A stretch of DNA of 64,000 nucleotides. Source: Malacoraja senta (Eukaryota). Below, one piece after another: positions 12,994 to 24,139 of the stretch; positions within the stretch are counted from its first letter, which is position 1, and every line of letters starts with the position of its first letter. Below the pieces are notes generated by a model. The model saw only the letters and a program-made list of their open reading frames with translations. It did no database searches and was not told the origin of the DNA. The stretch lies in NCBI GenBank assembly GCA_038087875.1, contig JAXLNO010000496.1:124001-188000 (forward strand), given 5' to 3'. Both the position numbers and the translations under genes were made by a program.

Positions 12994-13630
12994 GGAGGAA
13001 GGGAGAGGGAGAATTTAGATTAGTTTAACTCAGTTTAATTTAGTTTAGATTAGAAGGTTTTAGGAGGAATGAGAGTGAGAGGAAGAGAGGGACAGAGGGA
13101 GAGTGGGGGAAAAGAGAAGGAAGAAAATAGGGACGGAGAGGGAGAGAGAGAGGGTGAGAAGGATGGAGAGAGTATTTAGTTAAGTTTAATTTTGTTTCAT
13201 TTAGTTTAGTATGGAATGTATTTGGAGGTGTGAGAGGGGGTGAGGGTGAGGGTGAGGGAGGGAGGGAGTGAGAGAGGGAGTGAGAGAGGGACAGAGGGAG
13301 GGTGAGAGAGAGGATGGGGGGCAGAGGAGCAGAAGGAGGGAGAGAGAGTGGGAGAGTTTGGTTTAGTCCAGATTAGTTTGGAAAGTATTAGGAGGAATGA
13401 GAAAGGGGGGAGGCGGGAAGGAGTGAGGGAGGGAGAGAGGGCTGGAGGGTGAGGGAGGGAGGGAGGGAGGGAGGGGAGAATTTAGTTAAGTTTAATCGAT
13501 TTTAGTTTTTTATATAGTTTTATTTAGTTTAATTTAGAAAGTAGTAATGAGAAAGTGAGAAAGGGTGGGAGAGAGGGAGAGAAGGAGGGAGAGAACAGGT
13601 GAGAGGGAGGGATAGAGAGAGAGGGAGACT
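12994..13630. repeat. GA-rich tract with (TTTAG)n patches
   Basis: Directly visible. Confidence 0.9.
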
Positions 13631-14354
13631 CTGGTTGTTTAGGTGAGCTTATCTTAGTTTTGTGCTTTTCAATTCTGTTCAGTTTAGTTTGGTTTAATTT
13701 TGTCTATCTATAGTTTAGTTTATTGTCACGTGTACTGAGGTGCAGTGAAAAGCTTTTTGTGGCGTGCTATCCAGTCAGCGGAAATACTGTACATGATTAT
13801 AATCGAGCCGTCCACATTGTACAGATACAGGATAAAGGGAATAATGTTGATTGGGAGGTAGAGAGCGAGGGTAGGGAAGGAGAGAGTTAACTTTTGTTTA
13901 GTTTAATTTATTAAAGAAGTGGGCAGGGAAGCTGAAGCGTCTGAAGGGCCGAATGGGGCCGGAAGGCCTGAAGCCTGACTACTAGGCCTGAAAATGTCCA
14001 GCAACCTCTGTCCTGGACCTGAGAAGGGCTGAGGAGCCTGAAGCATAGCTACTAGACCCAAGAACGTCCAGAGCCTATTAGCCCCCTAGTGGGGGCAAAA
14101 GGCCTGAAATCCTTCCAACTAGGCCAGAAAGTGGGTGCTGCCTCTGTACTAGGCAATAAGCCCAAAATGCCTTAAGGTTGTCTACCAGGCCAAAGTGTCT
14201 CACTGCCTCTTTCCTAGTCCCTAAAGGGGCTGAACGGCCTGAACCCTGACTACTATGCCAAGTGGTCTGAAGCACGACTACTAGGTCTCAAAGTGCACTT
14301 CTGCCTCTGTACTAGCCCCGAAAGAGGAAGAAATGCCTTAATCCTGTCCACCAT

Positions 14355-15400
14355 TCGGAGGAGGAGCCATCTTGAGGAACGGCTGCCAAACAGCAGCCGT
14401 CCGTTAATTGTACTTTTTTTCCAAGTTTTTTTAGTTTTCTTTAAGTCTCTGTTTTTTCTTTATTTTGCCTTTTGATGTGGGGGGATCAAGGAGAAATCAC
14501 TTCCTGGTCCCTACCTGGTCGGTGAGGCAGCCTTCTCTCTGGCTGCCCAGTCGACCTGTCCTCGCGGCCTACCAGCGGGCGTGGAGCGGCGTTTCCCGAC
14601 GGGGGCCGCACAGCACCCTCAGCTTCGGTGGCGGCACGGCGCTGGAGCGCTACTGTGCAGCGGAGCGGGCGATGCCTTGCCTGGGTCGCCGCGCTGGACC
14701 GACGCGCTGGAGCTCCGGTGAGCTGGACCGCCGAGCTCAACACCTCCGGGCTGCGGGACTGTGGAGCGACCATCCGCGGGCGGCGGCGCCGACTCCAACA
14801 CCGGGAGCCTTGAGCTCCAAATCGGCGCGGCCTTGTCGGCTTCAGGTGCTGCGGACGCCTGCGGGAAATTTGCCGTTCCAGCCATAGTTGCGGCATCCGT
14901 TGAGGAATGCGGCCGTTCCAGGTGGCCCAGCTGCTGGAGGACTCTCCCGACGCCGGGGCTACATCACCCGGCGAGAACGGCCAGGATCATCGGGCCTTCG
15001 TAGAGGCAAAAGCGGGGGCCTCATTTGGCCTGACTTTTTGGTTGAACTGGGGCTGGGGACTGGACATTGTGCCTTCCCCCACAGTGGAAATCATTGTGGG
15101 GGGATGATTTTTGTTTGTAATTGTTTGTAATTGTATTTGTTAGTCTGTGTTCAAGATGGCAGTCGGAGGGGAGAGTGGACGCTGGCGCGGTTTCGTTGCC
15201 GCTGCTCTCTCCTCAAATTGTGCTTCTGATTTTATTTTTTGTGTTTTTGGAAGGAATTCTGTCCCTGATTTGTGTATTGGTCTTTATAACTTATTTTTTT
15301 AATTCTGATTATATGTTTCCTATAAATCTCTGTATGGTGTCCTTGAGACCTCGGTATAAGGCGCCCGTAAATAAAATTCATCATCATCATCATCATCATC
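14355..15400 (+). mobile_element. Unclassified GC/CpG-rich retroposon-like repeat with L2-type 3' end
   Basis: Ends in GTGTCCTTGAG...AAGGCGCCCGTAAATAAAATT(CAT)n; no coherent ORF. Confidence 0.45.
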
Positions 15401-15409
15401 ACCTGGCCC

Positions 15410-16845
15410 AAGATAATGGACAATGGACAATAGATAATAGATGCAGGATTAGGCCATTCGGCCCATCCAAACCAGCACCGCCATTCACTGTGATCATGGC
15501 TGATCATCCACAATCAGTACCCCATTCCTACCTTCCATATCCCCTGACTCTGCCATCTTTAAGAGCTCCATCTAACTCTCTCTGGAAAGCATCCAGAGAA
15601 TTGGCCTCCACTGCCATCTGAGGCAGAGAATTCCACAGATTCACAGACTCTGGGTGAAAAAGATTTTCATCATCTCCGTTCTAAATGGCTTACCCCTTAT
15701 TCTTAAACTGTGTTAGGCCCTTGGTTCTGGCCTCCCCCAACATCGGGAACATGTTTCCTGCCTTTAGCGTATCCAATCCCTTAATAATCTTATATGTTTC
15801 AATAAGATCCCTCTAATCCTTTTAAAATCCAGAGTGTACAAGCCCAGCCGCTCCATTCTATGGATATATGTCCCGCCATCCCAGGAATTAATCTTGTAAA
15901 CCTACGCTGCACTCGCTCAATAGCAAGAATGTCCTTCCTCAAATTTGGAGACCAAAACTGCACACAATACTCCAGGTGTGGTCTCACTAGGGCCCTGTAC
16001 AACAGCATAAGGACCTCTTTGCTCCTATGCTCAACTCCTCTTGTTATAAATGCCATTAGCTTTCTTCATGCCAGCTGTAGCTGCATGCTTACTTTCAGTG
16101 ACTGTTGAACAAGGACCTCCAGATCCCGTTGTACTTTCCCTTTTCCCAACTTGACACCATTTAGATAATAATCTGCCTTCCTGTTTTTTGCCACCAGTGG
16201 ATAACCTCACATTTATCCACATTAAATTTCATCTGCCATGCATCTGCCCACTCCCCCAACCTGTCCAAGTCACCCTGCATTCTCATAGCATCCTCATCAC
16301 AGTTCACACTGCCACCCAGCTTTGTGTCATCTGCAAATTTGCTAATGTTACTTTGAATCCATTCATCCAAATCATTGATGTATTTGTAAATAGCTGCGGT
16401 CCCAGCACCGAGCCTTGCGGTACCCCAGTAGTCACTGTCTTCCATTCTGAAAGGGACCCGTTAATCTCTACTCTATGTTTCCTGTCTGCCAACCAATTTT
16501 CTATCCATGTCAGCACTCTACCCCAAATACCATGTGCTCTAATTTTGCCCACTAATCTCCTATGTGGGACCTTATCAAATGCTTTCTGAAAGACCAGGTA
16601 CACTACATCCACTGGCTCTCCCTTGTCCATTTTCCAAGTTAGAGCCTCAAAAAATTCCAGAAGATTAGTCAAGCATGATTTCCCCTTCATAAATCCATGT
16701 TGACTCAGACTGATCCTGTTATTGCTATCCAAATGTGCGGCTATTTCATCTTTTATAATTGACTCCAGCATCTTCGCCCACCACCGATGTCAGGCTAACT
16801 GTTCTATAATTCCCTGTTTCCTCTCTCCCGCCTTTCTTAAAACAT
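15410..16845 (-). mobile_element. 5'-truncated degenerate CR1 LINE (RT 3' half)
   Basis: QHGFMKGKSCLTNLLEFF, GVPQGSVLGP, SKFADDTK, VRPHLEYCVQFWSP; broken frames. Confidence 0.95.
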
Positions 16846-16899
16846 GGGGTGGGCCTACATCCTCTGTAATAGCCCTCAGAGGGCTTGAAAGACCTGAAT

Positions 16900-18000
16900 T
16901 GATTTCAGTTCAGCTTTCAATACCATAGTCCCCACCAGAGTTGCTGAGAAGCTGCTGGAACTGGGGCTGAACACTCTCCTGTGTGCCTGGGTCCTGGACT
17001 TTCTCACCGCCAGGCCCCAGGTGGTCAAGATGGGGAGACATACCTCCAACCCCCTCACCCTGAACACAGGATTCCACCATTGTTACGTCCTCAGCCCCCT
17101 ACTGAACACATGACTGTGGCCAGGTTCAGCTCCAACTCCATCATCAAGTTTGCTGATGACAGTGTGGTGTTGGGCCTGATCTCCGATAACGATGAGAAGG
17201 CCTACCGGGAGGAGGTGGCTGATCTGTCACTCTGGTGTCAGGACAACAGCCTCCTCTTGAATGTCACTAAAACTAAGGAGCTGATTGAGGTCTTTAGAAA
17301 AGCTCAAAATCTGAGGACGTACACGCCACTGGGGATAAATGGGACTACTGTGGATAGGGTGAGCAGCTTTAAATACCTGGGAGTCCACATCACAGAGGAT
17401 CTGACGTGGACAATACACACTGCCGCACTAGTGAGTAAGGCAAGGCAGCGCCTTTACCACAGGCAGCTGAGGAAATTCAGAGTCTCCCTGAGGATCCTTC
17501 AGTGCTTCTACTCTGGGGCTGTAGAAAGCACCTTGTCTGGCAACATCTCAATCTGGTTTGGTAACAGCTTTGCCCTGGACAGGAAGGCTCTGTAAAGAGT
17601 AGTGCGTTCGGCCGAACACACTTTGGGAACTACACTCACCTCCCTGCAGGACCTATACACCAGGAGATGCAGATCCAGAGCCAACAAGATCATGAAGGAC
17701 CCCTACCACCCCAGCAACGGACTGTTCCAGCTGCTACGGTCAGGCAAGAGTCTCCACTGTCACGCTGTGAAAACAGAGAGGATGAGACGGAGTTTCTTCC
17801 CACAGGTCATTAGGGCTGTAAATTCTAATCTCACCAGGGACTAATTTACTGTTGTGTTATGTCTATTTTTTATTTTTTTCTAAAATGTAAATACTGGTTC
17901 TGTTCTGTTGTTTTTGCACAATCCGCAGGCAAAGCCACTTTCATTTCACAGGACATCTTGTATGTGTATGTGACAAATAAAGTTGACTTGACGACTTGAA
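16900..18000 (+). mobile_element. Rex1/Babar-like LINE 3' fragment
   Basis: IIKFADDSVVLGLI, FKYLGVHITEDLTW, RRSFFPQVIR; AATAAA and (GACTT)n tail. Confidence 0.88.
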
Positions 18001-18371
18001 TCCTGTCTAGAGTCATAGTCGTTGAGTGATACAGTGTGGAAACAGGCCTTTCACCCAAGCTTGCCCACACCGGCCAACATTTCCCAGCTGCACAAGTCGA
18101 ACCTGCCTGCGCTTGGTCCATATCCCTCCAAACTTGTCCTATCCATGTACCTGTCTAACTGTTTCTTGCAAGTTGGGCCTAGAGAGGCAGGACGCCTGAA
18201 GCCTGATTTTAAGTCCTGAAAATGGTCTGCAGCCTCTGTACTAGCCCCGTGAGGCGACTGAAGAGTGCACTGGGCCGGAGAGGGAGGTCAGGAAGCCTGA
18301 AGCCTGACCACTAGGCCGGACAGGGGACCGAATGCATAAAGCCTGCGGATTAGGCCCGAAGGCCTGCCTAC

Positions 18372-18542
18372 CGGAGAGTCCGGAGCCTGGAGCCCGGGTA
18401 GGCAAGGGCTGGGACGAGGATCCGCAGCCCGGAGTCGCCGAGAGGGTTGTTGTCGAGGTTGAGGGAGGTCAGTGAGGGAATTGACCTCAGCACCGTTACC
18501 AGGGTGGCGGCCTGGGGTCGGCCGAGCGAACAGCTCGTGAGG
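18372..18542 (-). CDS. 171-nt phase 2-2 LRR exon of NLR-like gene
   Basis: TTCCCCCTCAG acceptor, CG|GTAGGC donor; LTSCSLGRPQAATLVTVLRSIPSLTSLNLDNNPLGDSGLRILVPALAYPGSRLRTLR. Confidence 0.92.
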
Positions 18543-18579
18543 CTGAGGGGGAATAAAGGCTGAGAGATTTAGAGATCCT

Positions 18580-18625
18580 GCCTTTCTTCCTCCCTCGCTC
18601 TCTCCCTCTCTGACTCTCTCCTCCC

Positions 18626-18688
<63 letters not shown>

Positions 18689-20130
18689 CCTCCTGTCCTC
18701 TCTCTCTCCCCGCTCTCACTCTCCCACCCTCCCTCTCTCTCCCCTTCACTGCTTTCCTCTCTCCCCCACTCCATCTCCTTCATCCACTCTCCCTCTCCTC
18801 CCTCATTCCCCCTCTCCCTCTCCCTCATTTCCTGTTTCCCTCCCACTTTCCCTCATCTTTTACTCATTCTCTCATTTACTGCCCTCCCTCTCTTTGTCCC
18901 TATTTGAATCCTCCCTCCCTCTCCCTTTCCTTCTCTCCCTCTCTCCCTACCTCTTACTCTTTCTCCCTCCATCCCTCGCACCCTCTCTCCATCCCTCCCT
19001 TCCTCGCTCCTCCCTCCCTCTACCACTCCCCTCCCTCCCTCCCTCCACCTCACCCACCCTCATCCCCACCCACTCGCTCCCTCAGTCTCACCCTCGCTAT
19101 CTCCCTCTCCCTTCCTCCCTCTTTCCCTTTCCCTCCCTCCCTCATTATTTCACTCATTCTCTCACTTCTCGCCCTCCCTCTGTATCATCCTTCTCTCCCT
19201 CTCCCCCCCTCCCTCCCACTCTCCTTCTCTCCCTCTCTCCTACCCATCCTCTCTCTCACTCACTCTTTCTCTCCATCTGCCCTTACACCCCTCTCCCCAT
19301 CTGTCACCCACTCCGCCCCCCCCGTTTCTGTCACCCTCTCCGCTCCGGCCCCTTACACCCCTCCAACCCTACATCCTTCTTCCCGTGTGTGTAACCTTCC
19401 ATCGGAGCCCTGCACCCCTGTAACCCCCCCCCCATTTTGGGTCAGGTGAGGACATTAAACTTACCGAAGACTCAGAAGTGAGGAACATCTATTTGAAAGA
19501 CCCTCCCCAATCCTTCTCAACCCTCCAGCAGTCAGAATATTGTTGGAAAGACTGAGAAACTTCACGGATCGATTCTGACTAAAGACTCGAAACATAATCT
19601 GCTGTTCTCTCTCATTCATCCCGATGTAGTCCAACCTGTGGAGAGAGAGGGGGGGGGAGTGGAGAGAGAAGAGAGAGAGGAGAGAGAGGAGAGAGAGTGT
19701 GGGGACAGAGGGCGAGAGAGAGGGGGTGTAGTTGGTGGAAGAAAGCGAGGGAAGAGAGGGGGAGAGCAAGAGGGAGAGAAGGTGGGGAGAGCGAGAGCGT
19801 GAGAGAAAGAGGGAGAGAAGGGGAGAGGCGGAAGAGAGAGAGGTGGAGAGAGAGTGCGGGGGAGAGGGGGCAGAGAGGGGGGGATAGAGGAGAGAAATAA
19901 GGCAGAGAGAGAGAGAGAGAGAGGGAGGAAGGGATGAGAGAGGGGAGAGAGAGGGGAGAGATGGGGAGAGAGAGCGGAAGTGAGAGAAGGGGAGACATGG
20001 GATGCGAGAGGGAGAGGCGGGGAGAGGGGGAGAGACAGGAAGAGTGGGGGAGAGGGGCGGAGAGAGAGCGGAAGTGAGAGGAGACATGGGGTGCGAGAGG
20101 GAGATAGGGGGAGAGAGAGGGTGAAAGGGA
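18580..20130. repeat. CT-rich (18580-19400) and GA-rich (19640-20130) tracts flanking an exon
   Basis: Directly visible. Confidence 0.93.
19465..19635 (-). CDS. 171-nt phase 2-2 LRR exon of NLR-like gene
   Basis: CTCCACAG acceptor, CG|GTAAGT donor; LDYIGMNEREQQIMFRVFSQNRSVKFLSLSNNILTAGGLRRIGEGLSNRCSSLLSLR. Confidence 0.92.
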
Positions 20131-20614
20131 TGGAAATGTCAAAGAATGGATGATTTTGCTTTAGCGTGACATTAGGGCAGGTACTTGGATAGGACAGGTT
20201 TAGAGGGATATGGGCAAACGCGGGCAGGTGGGACGAGTGTAGATGGGACATGTTGGTCAGTGTGGGCAAGTTGGGCTGAAGGCCTGTTTCCACACTGTAT
20301 CATTCTTTGACTATATGTATCTGATATCTACCTCCCTCACTCCCTCCCTCCCTCCCTCCCTTACTCTCCCACCCGCTCACTCCATTTCTGCATTTAAAGT
20401 TTAAAGTCAGTGTCTTTTAAATGTTGGGATAGACCATGCCTCAACTACCTACCAACCAGAAGCAGAACGTCCTCTGGCAGCTCGTTCCATACACCAACTA
20501 CTGTCTGTGTAAGAACGTTGCCCCTCAGCTTCCTATTAAATGTACCTGTGACGATACTTTCAGGAACGATGTACCTGCGCTCCTAAATCCCAATGACGCG
20601 AATGTCAAGATTAC

Positions 20615-20702
20615 CAAAGCTCTTGAAGATGACATTGTGAGTTCACCAAGGTCGATGTGAGAAAGATCAGTCCAGTTTCCCCCTATGTCCTTCCATTCGA
20701 TT
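20615..20702 (-). pseudogene. Single-LRR exon (88 nt; 87 nt if one G of the G5 run at 20679-20683 is removed)
   Basis: CCCTTAG acceptor, TG|GTAATC donor; corrected reading IEWKDIGETGLIFLTSTLVNSQCHLQELW. Confidence 0.75.
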
Positions 20703-21050
20703 CTAAGGGAGGTAGAGAGAGGTGGATAGGGAGGGTATGAAGAGGGGTGGGGGGGGGGGGTGAGGAGGGAGAGAGGGGTGGGAGAGAGATAGAGAGAGAA
20801 GGGTGGAGACAAGTGGAGAGAGAGAGAAATGAATAGTAAAATGTAGATGAGAAGGGGCAGAGAAGGGAGCGCCGCATTGAGGGAGGGAGGAGAGGAGAGA
20901 GATTCACACTGCGGGAGTGGAGGGGAGGGGGTTACAGAGACGGGCAGAGAGGTGTAGCGGCCGGAAGGGATGGGTTTTGTAGGAAATGAGGGGAGGGGAG
21001 GGGTGAGAGGAGGGAGCGCCGCACTGTGGGAGGGGAGTGGAAGGCTTTAC

Positions 21051-21169
21051 CTGAGTGTTGTACATAAGTGTAGAACCCTCCCTTTCTCCATGCGTTCCTC
21101 TAGAGGGGCAGCATGGTCTATATCGGATGTGGACATATTCTCCCCACCCCACTTTCTCCCCTTGAGTTG
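21051..21169 (-). CDS. Candidate 119-nt exon with in-frame ATG (MSTSDIDHAAPLEERMEKGRVLHLCTTLR)
   Basis: (CT)n-CACAG acceptor, AG|GTAAAG donor in phase 2 matching the next exon; ATG at 21136-21134. Confidence 0.55.
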
Positions 21170-21377
21170 CTGTGAGAGAGAGAGAAAGATAATTTCTTAT
21201 AATCCCCCACACACCCCATCCCCGTCCCCAACACCTCTCTCCCCATCTCTGCATCCCCCTCCACTCCGGCCCCTACACCTCCCTCCTCGCCTGTGTAACC
21301 CCTTCGCTCCCTTGTCTCCCCCACCTTTCCCTGTCCTCCCACAGTGCGGAGCTCCCTCCTTTCCCCCTGTCTCCCAC

Positions 21378-21488
21378 CTCAATGCAGTTTTACACGTTCT
21401 GTACGAATCCACAGCTCTCTGGAAAATGCTCAAATGGGAGGCTGTATATTCTCGAGAGACTATTGAGAAAGGGGCGGAGGTTATAAAC
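21378..21488 (-). CDS. Candidate 111-nt phase 2-2 exon (FITSAPFSIVSREYTASHLSIFQRAVDSYRTCKTALR)
   Basis: TTTCTGATAAG acceptor, AG|GTGGGA donor; open frame; no clear LRR consensus. Confidence 0.4.
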
Positions 21489-21629
21489 CTTATCAGAAAC
21501 ACACAGAACATCCCGAAAGGGAGCTACGCCCAAATTGCACAAGACATTGGTGAGGCAGCACATAGAATATTGAATTCAGGGAATTATCTAGCTGTTTTCC
21601 GAGATCCCGCTGCTCCACGACACTCCCGG

Positions 21630-21767
21630 TCAAGAGTGTTTTATTGTCATCTGTCCCAGATAGAACAATGAAATGCTTACTTGCTGCTGCACAACACAAT
21701 ATGTCATCAACTAATCATAATTACTAATATAACACAAACTCAGTAAAAAAGAACAAACAATAACAGT

Positions 21768-21833
<66 letters not shown>

Positions 21834-22225
21834 GTCTATTGTAGTTCAGAGCTTATGAGGTTGTCGTGTTTAATGGCCTAATGGCTGTAGGGAAGAAGCT
21901 GTTCCTGAACCTGGACGTTAGTTTTCAGGCTCCCGTACCTTCTTCCCGATGGCAGTGAGATGAGTGTGTGGCCAGGATGGTGTGGGTCTTTGATGTTGGC
22001 AGCCTTTTTGAGGCAGCGTCTACCATAGATCCTTTCGATGGTGGGGAGGTCAGAGCCGATGATGGACTGGGCAGTGGTCACAACTGTTTGCAGTCTTGTC
22101 CGCTCCTGGATGTTCAAATTGCCGAACCAGGCAATTTGCTGAACCAAGCAGTCAGTATGCTCTCTACTGTGCACCTGTGTAAGTTCAAGAGAATCCTCTT
22201 TGACATACCGAATCTCCATAATCTG
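21630..22225 (-). mobile_element. Rex1/Babar-like LINE 3' fragment containing (TAA)n at ~21769-21832
   Basis: IAWFGN...AQSIIG...RCLKKAANIKDPHHPGH...LPSGRRY. Confidence 0.85.
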
Positions 22226-22244
22226 TAATCTCTGTAATCTCCGT

Positions 22245-22545
22245 CTACATGTGATGCCACTTTCAGGGAACAATGTACCTGCACTCCTACATCTGTCTGC
22301 TCTATAATACACCCTGTCTACATGTGATGTACCTGCATTCCTACATCTGTCTGCTCTATAATACACCCTGTCTACATGTGATGTACCTGCACTCCTACAT
22401 CTGTCTGCTCTATAATACACCATGTCTACATGTGATGTACCTCCACTCCTACATCTCTCTGCTCTATAATACTCCATCTACATGTTCTGCCACTTTGAGG
22501 GAACAATGTACCTGCACTCCTTGATCCCTCTGCTCTATAATACCT
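22245..22545. repeat. 54-bp tandem repeat, probably CR1-derived
   Basis: 18-aa periodicity in ORF 22273-22524. Confidence 0.88.
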
Positions 22546-22559
22546 GTTTACCTGTGACG

Positions 22560-23260
22560 CCAATTTCACACAGAGGATGGTGGGTGTATGGAACGAATTG
22601 CCGGAGGAGGTAGTTGAGGCAGGTACGACCACAATTTTTTTGGAACAATTTGGCATGTACACGGATAGAGAGGTTTTGTCAGATATGGGCCAATAGTGGG
22701 CAGGTGCGACTAGTGGAGATGGGCGTGTTGGGCCGATGGGCCTGTTTCTGGTCTGTATGTCTATGATTCTATGACTCTATGGCTCTAAGACTCTAGGACT
22801 AACCGACGATTAGTCTAGTGCTCTTTGCTTCTATGGGGCCATGACTCTAAAACGTAGACTCTGTGACTGTGAATCTGGCTCTGTGGCTCTATGGCTCTGT
22901 GGCTCTGTGGCTCTGGGGCTCTGGGCGCTCTATGGCTCTGTGACTCTGTGACTCTGTGACTCTGTGACTCTGTGACTCTGTGACTCTGTGACTCTGTGAC
23001 TCTGTGACTCTGTGACTCTGTGGCTCTGTGGCTCTGTGGCTCTGTGGCTCTGTGGCTCTGTGGCTCTGTGGCTCTGTGGCTTTATGGCTCTGTGACTCTG
23101 TGACTCTGTGACTATGAATCTGGCTCTGTGGCTCTGTGGCTCTGTGACTCTGTGACTGTGGATCTATCACTCTGTGACTCTGTGACTCTGTGACTCTGTG
23201 ACTGTGACTAAGGCACTATGAATCTATGGCTCTGTGAGTCTGTGACTATGTTTCTATAGC
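22560..23260 (+). repeat. CR1/SINE 3' end running into an 8-bp (CTCTGTGA/G)n satellite
   Basis: TTCACACAGAGGATGGTGGGTGTATGGAAC...CTATGATTCTATGACT, then the octamer array. Confidence 0.85.
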
Positions 23261-24139
23261 TCTACTAGACTAAGTGGGACCCGTTGGGTCCCAGCATCAC
23301 ACGGGAGGGCTGGTCACCCAACGCAATATTCCACCTCTCCACCAATTCCAATATTGCTGGCCAGTGGGGGGGGGGCGCTTTCTGTTGCGCTAGTGTGGGC
23401 GTTGTGGGCCGAAGGTACTGGTTTCCAGAGGGCTAGTATGGAGTTTGTGGGCCAAATGGATTCTTGGGCTGGCAGCTCAGTCACTGAGGCCAAGCAGCTC
23501 AGTCACTGAGGCCTGGCAGTACAATCACTCGGACCTGGCAGGCTGGCAGCTGAGAAACTGCCAGAAATTCTGCCCAAAACAGGTGACAGACTGTGAGAGA
23601 GAAGGAGGAGAGGGTGGACTGAATGGATTATTGGGCTGGCAGTTCACTCACTTGCGGCTGGTGGGCTGGCAGTTTACTTACTCATGGCTCGTGGGCTGGC
23701 AGTGCAGTCACTCACGCCTGGTACGCTGGCAGTTCACTCAGTTACCCCACCTCCCGTCACTCCTCCACTCTGCTCCTTGCCATTCCCCTCCCACCCACAC
23801 ATTCAGTGCATCTTCCCACAACCTCCCCCCATTCACTCTTAGTGGCTCTCCCACAGAGCAGCCATTCCTGCCTATTAGGTTCGCATTGTGATGAAGGACA
23901 CGAAGGCATCAAAAGTGCAAAAAGGATTTATTAAAGTTTAAAATGTGAATGACTCTTAAAATATAAGAACAATTTAAATGTTAAAGATGAGAATTATTAA
24001 GTTCCTTCTTGTTGTGTCTCTTGTTGTGTTCTGCTGCTCACTGCCTCTTGATGACTATTTCCTGTTGATACAAAGAGACAATTTTAATATAGAGAAATTC
24101 AGCGGTTAAATTTTAAGAAAGAAAATCTGAGAATTTATC

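Noticed and set aside
14081..14096. CTCF-like core CCACTAGGGGGC within the palindrome GCCCCCTAGTGGGGGC
   Set aside because: Single short match inside a degenerate minisatellite; not supportable without binding data
14355..15130. CpG-rich block as a host CpG-island promoter
   Set aside because: Lies in an intronic insertion stack and ends in a retroposon-type tail; more likely a repeat
20970..21671. 233-aa plus-strand ORF
   Set aside because: Antisense to the candidate exons, partly low complexity, no recognisable domain
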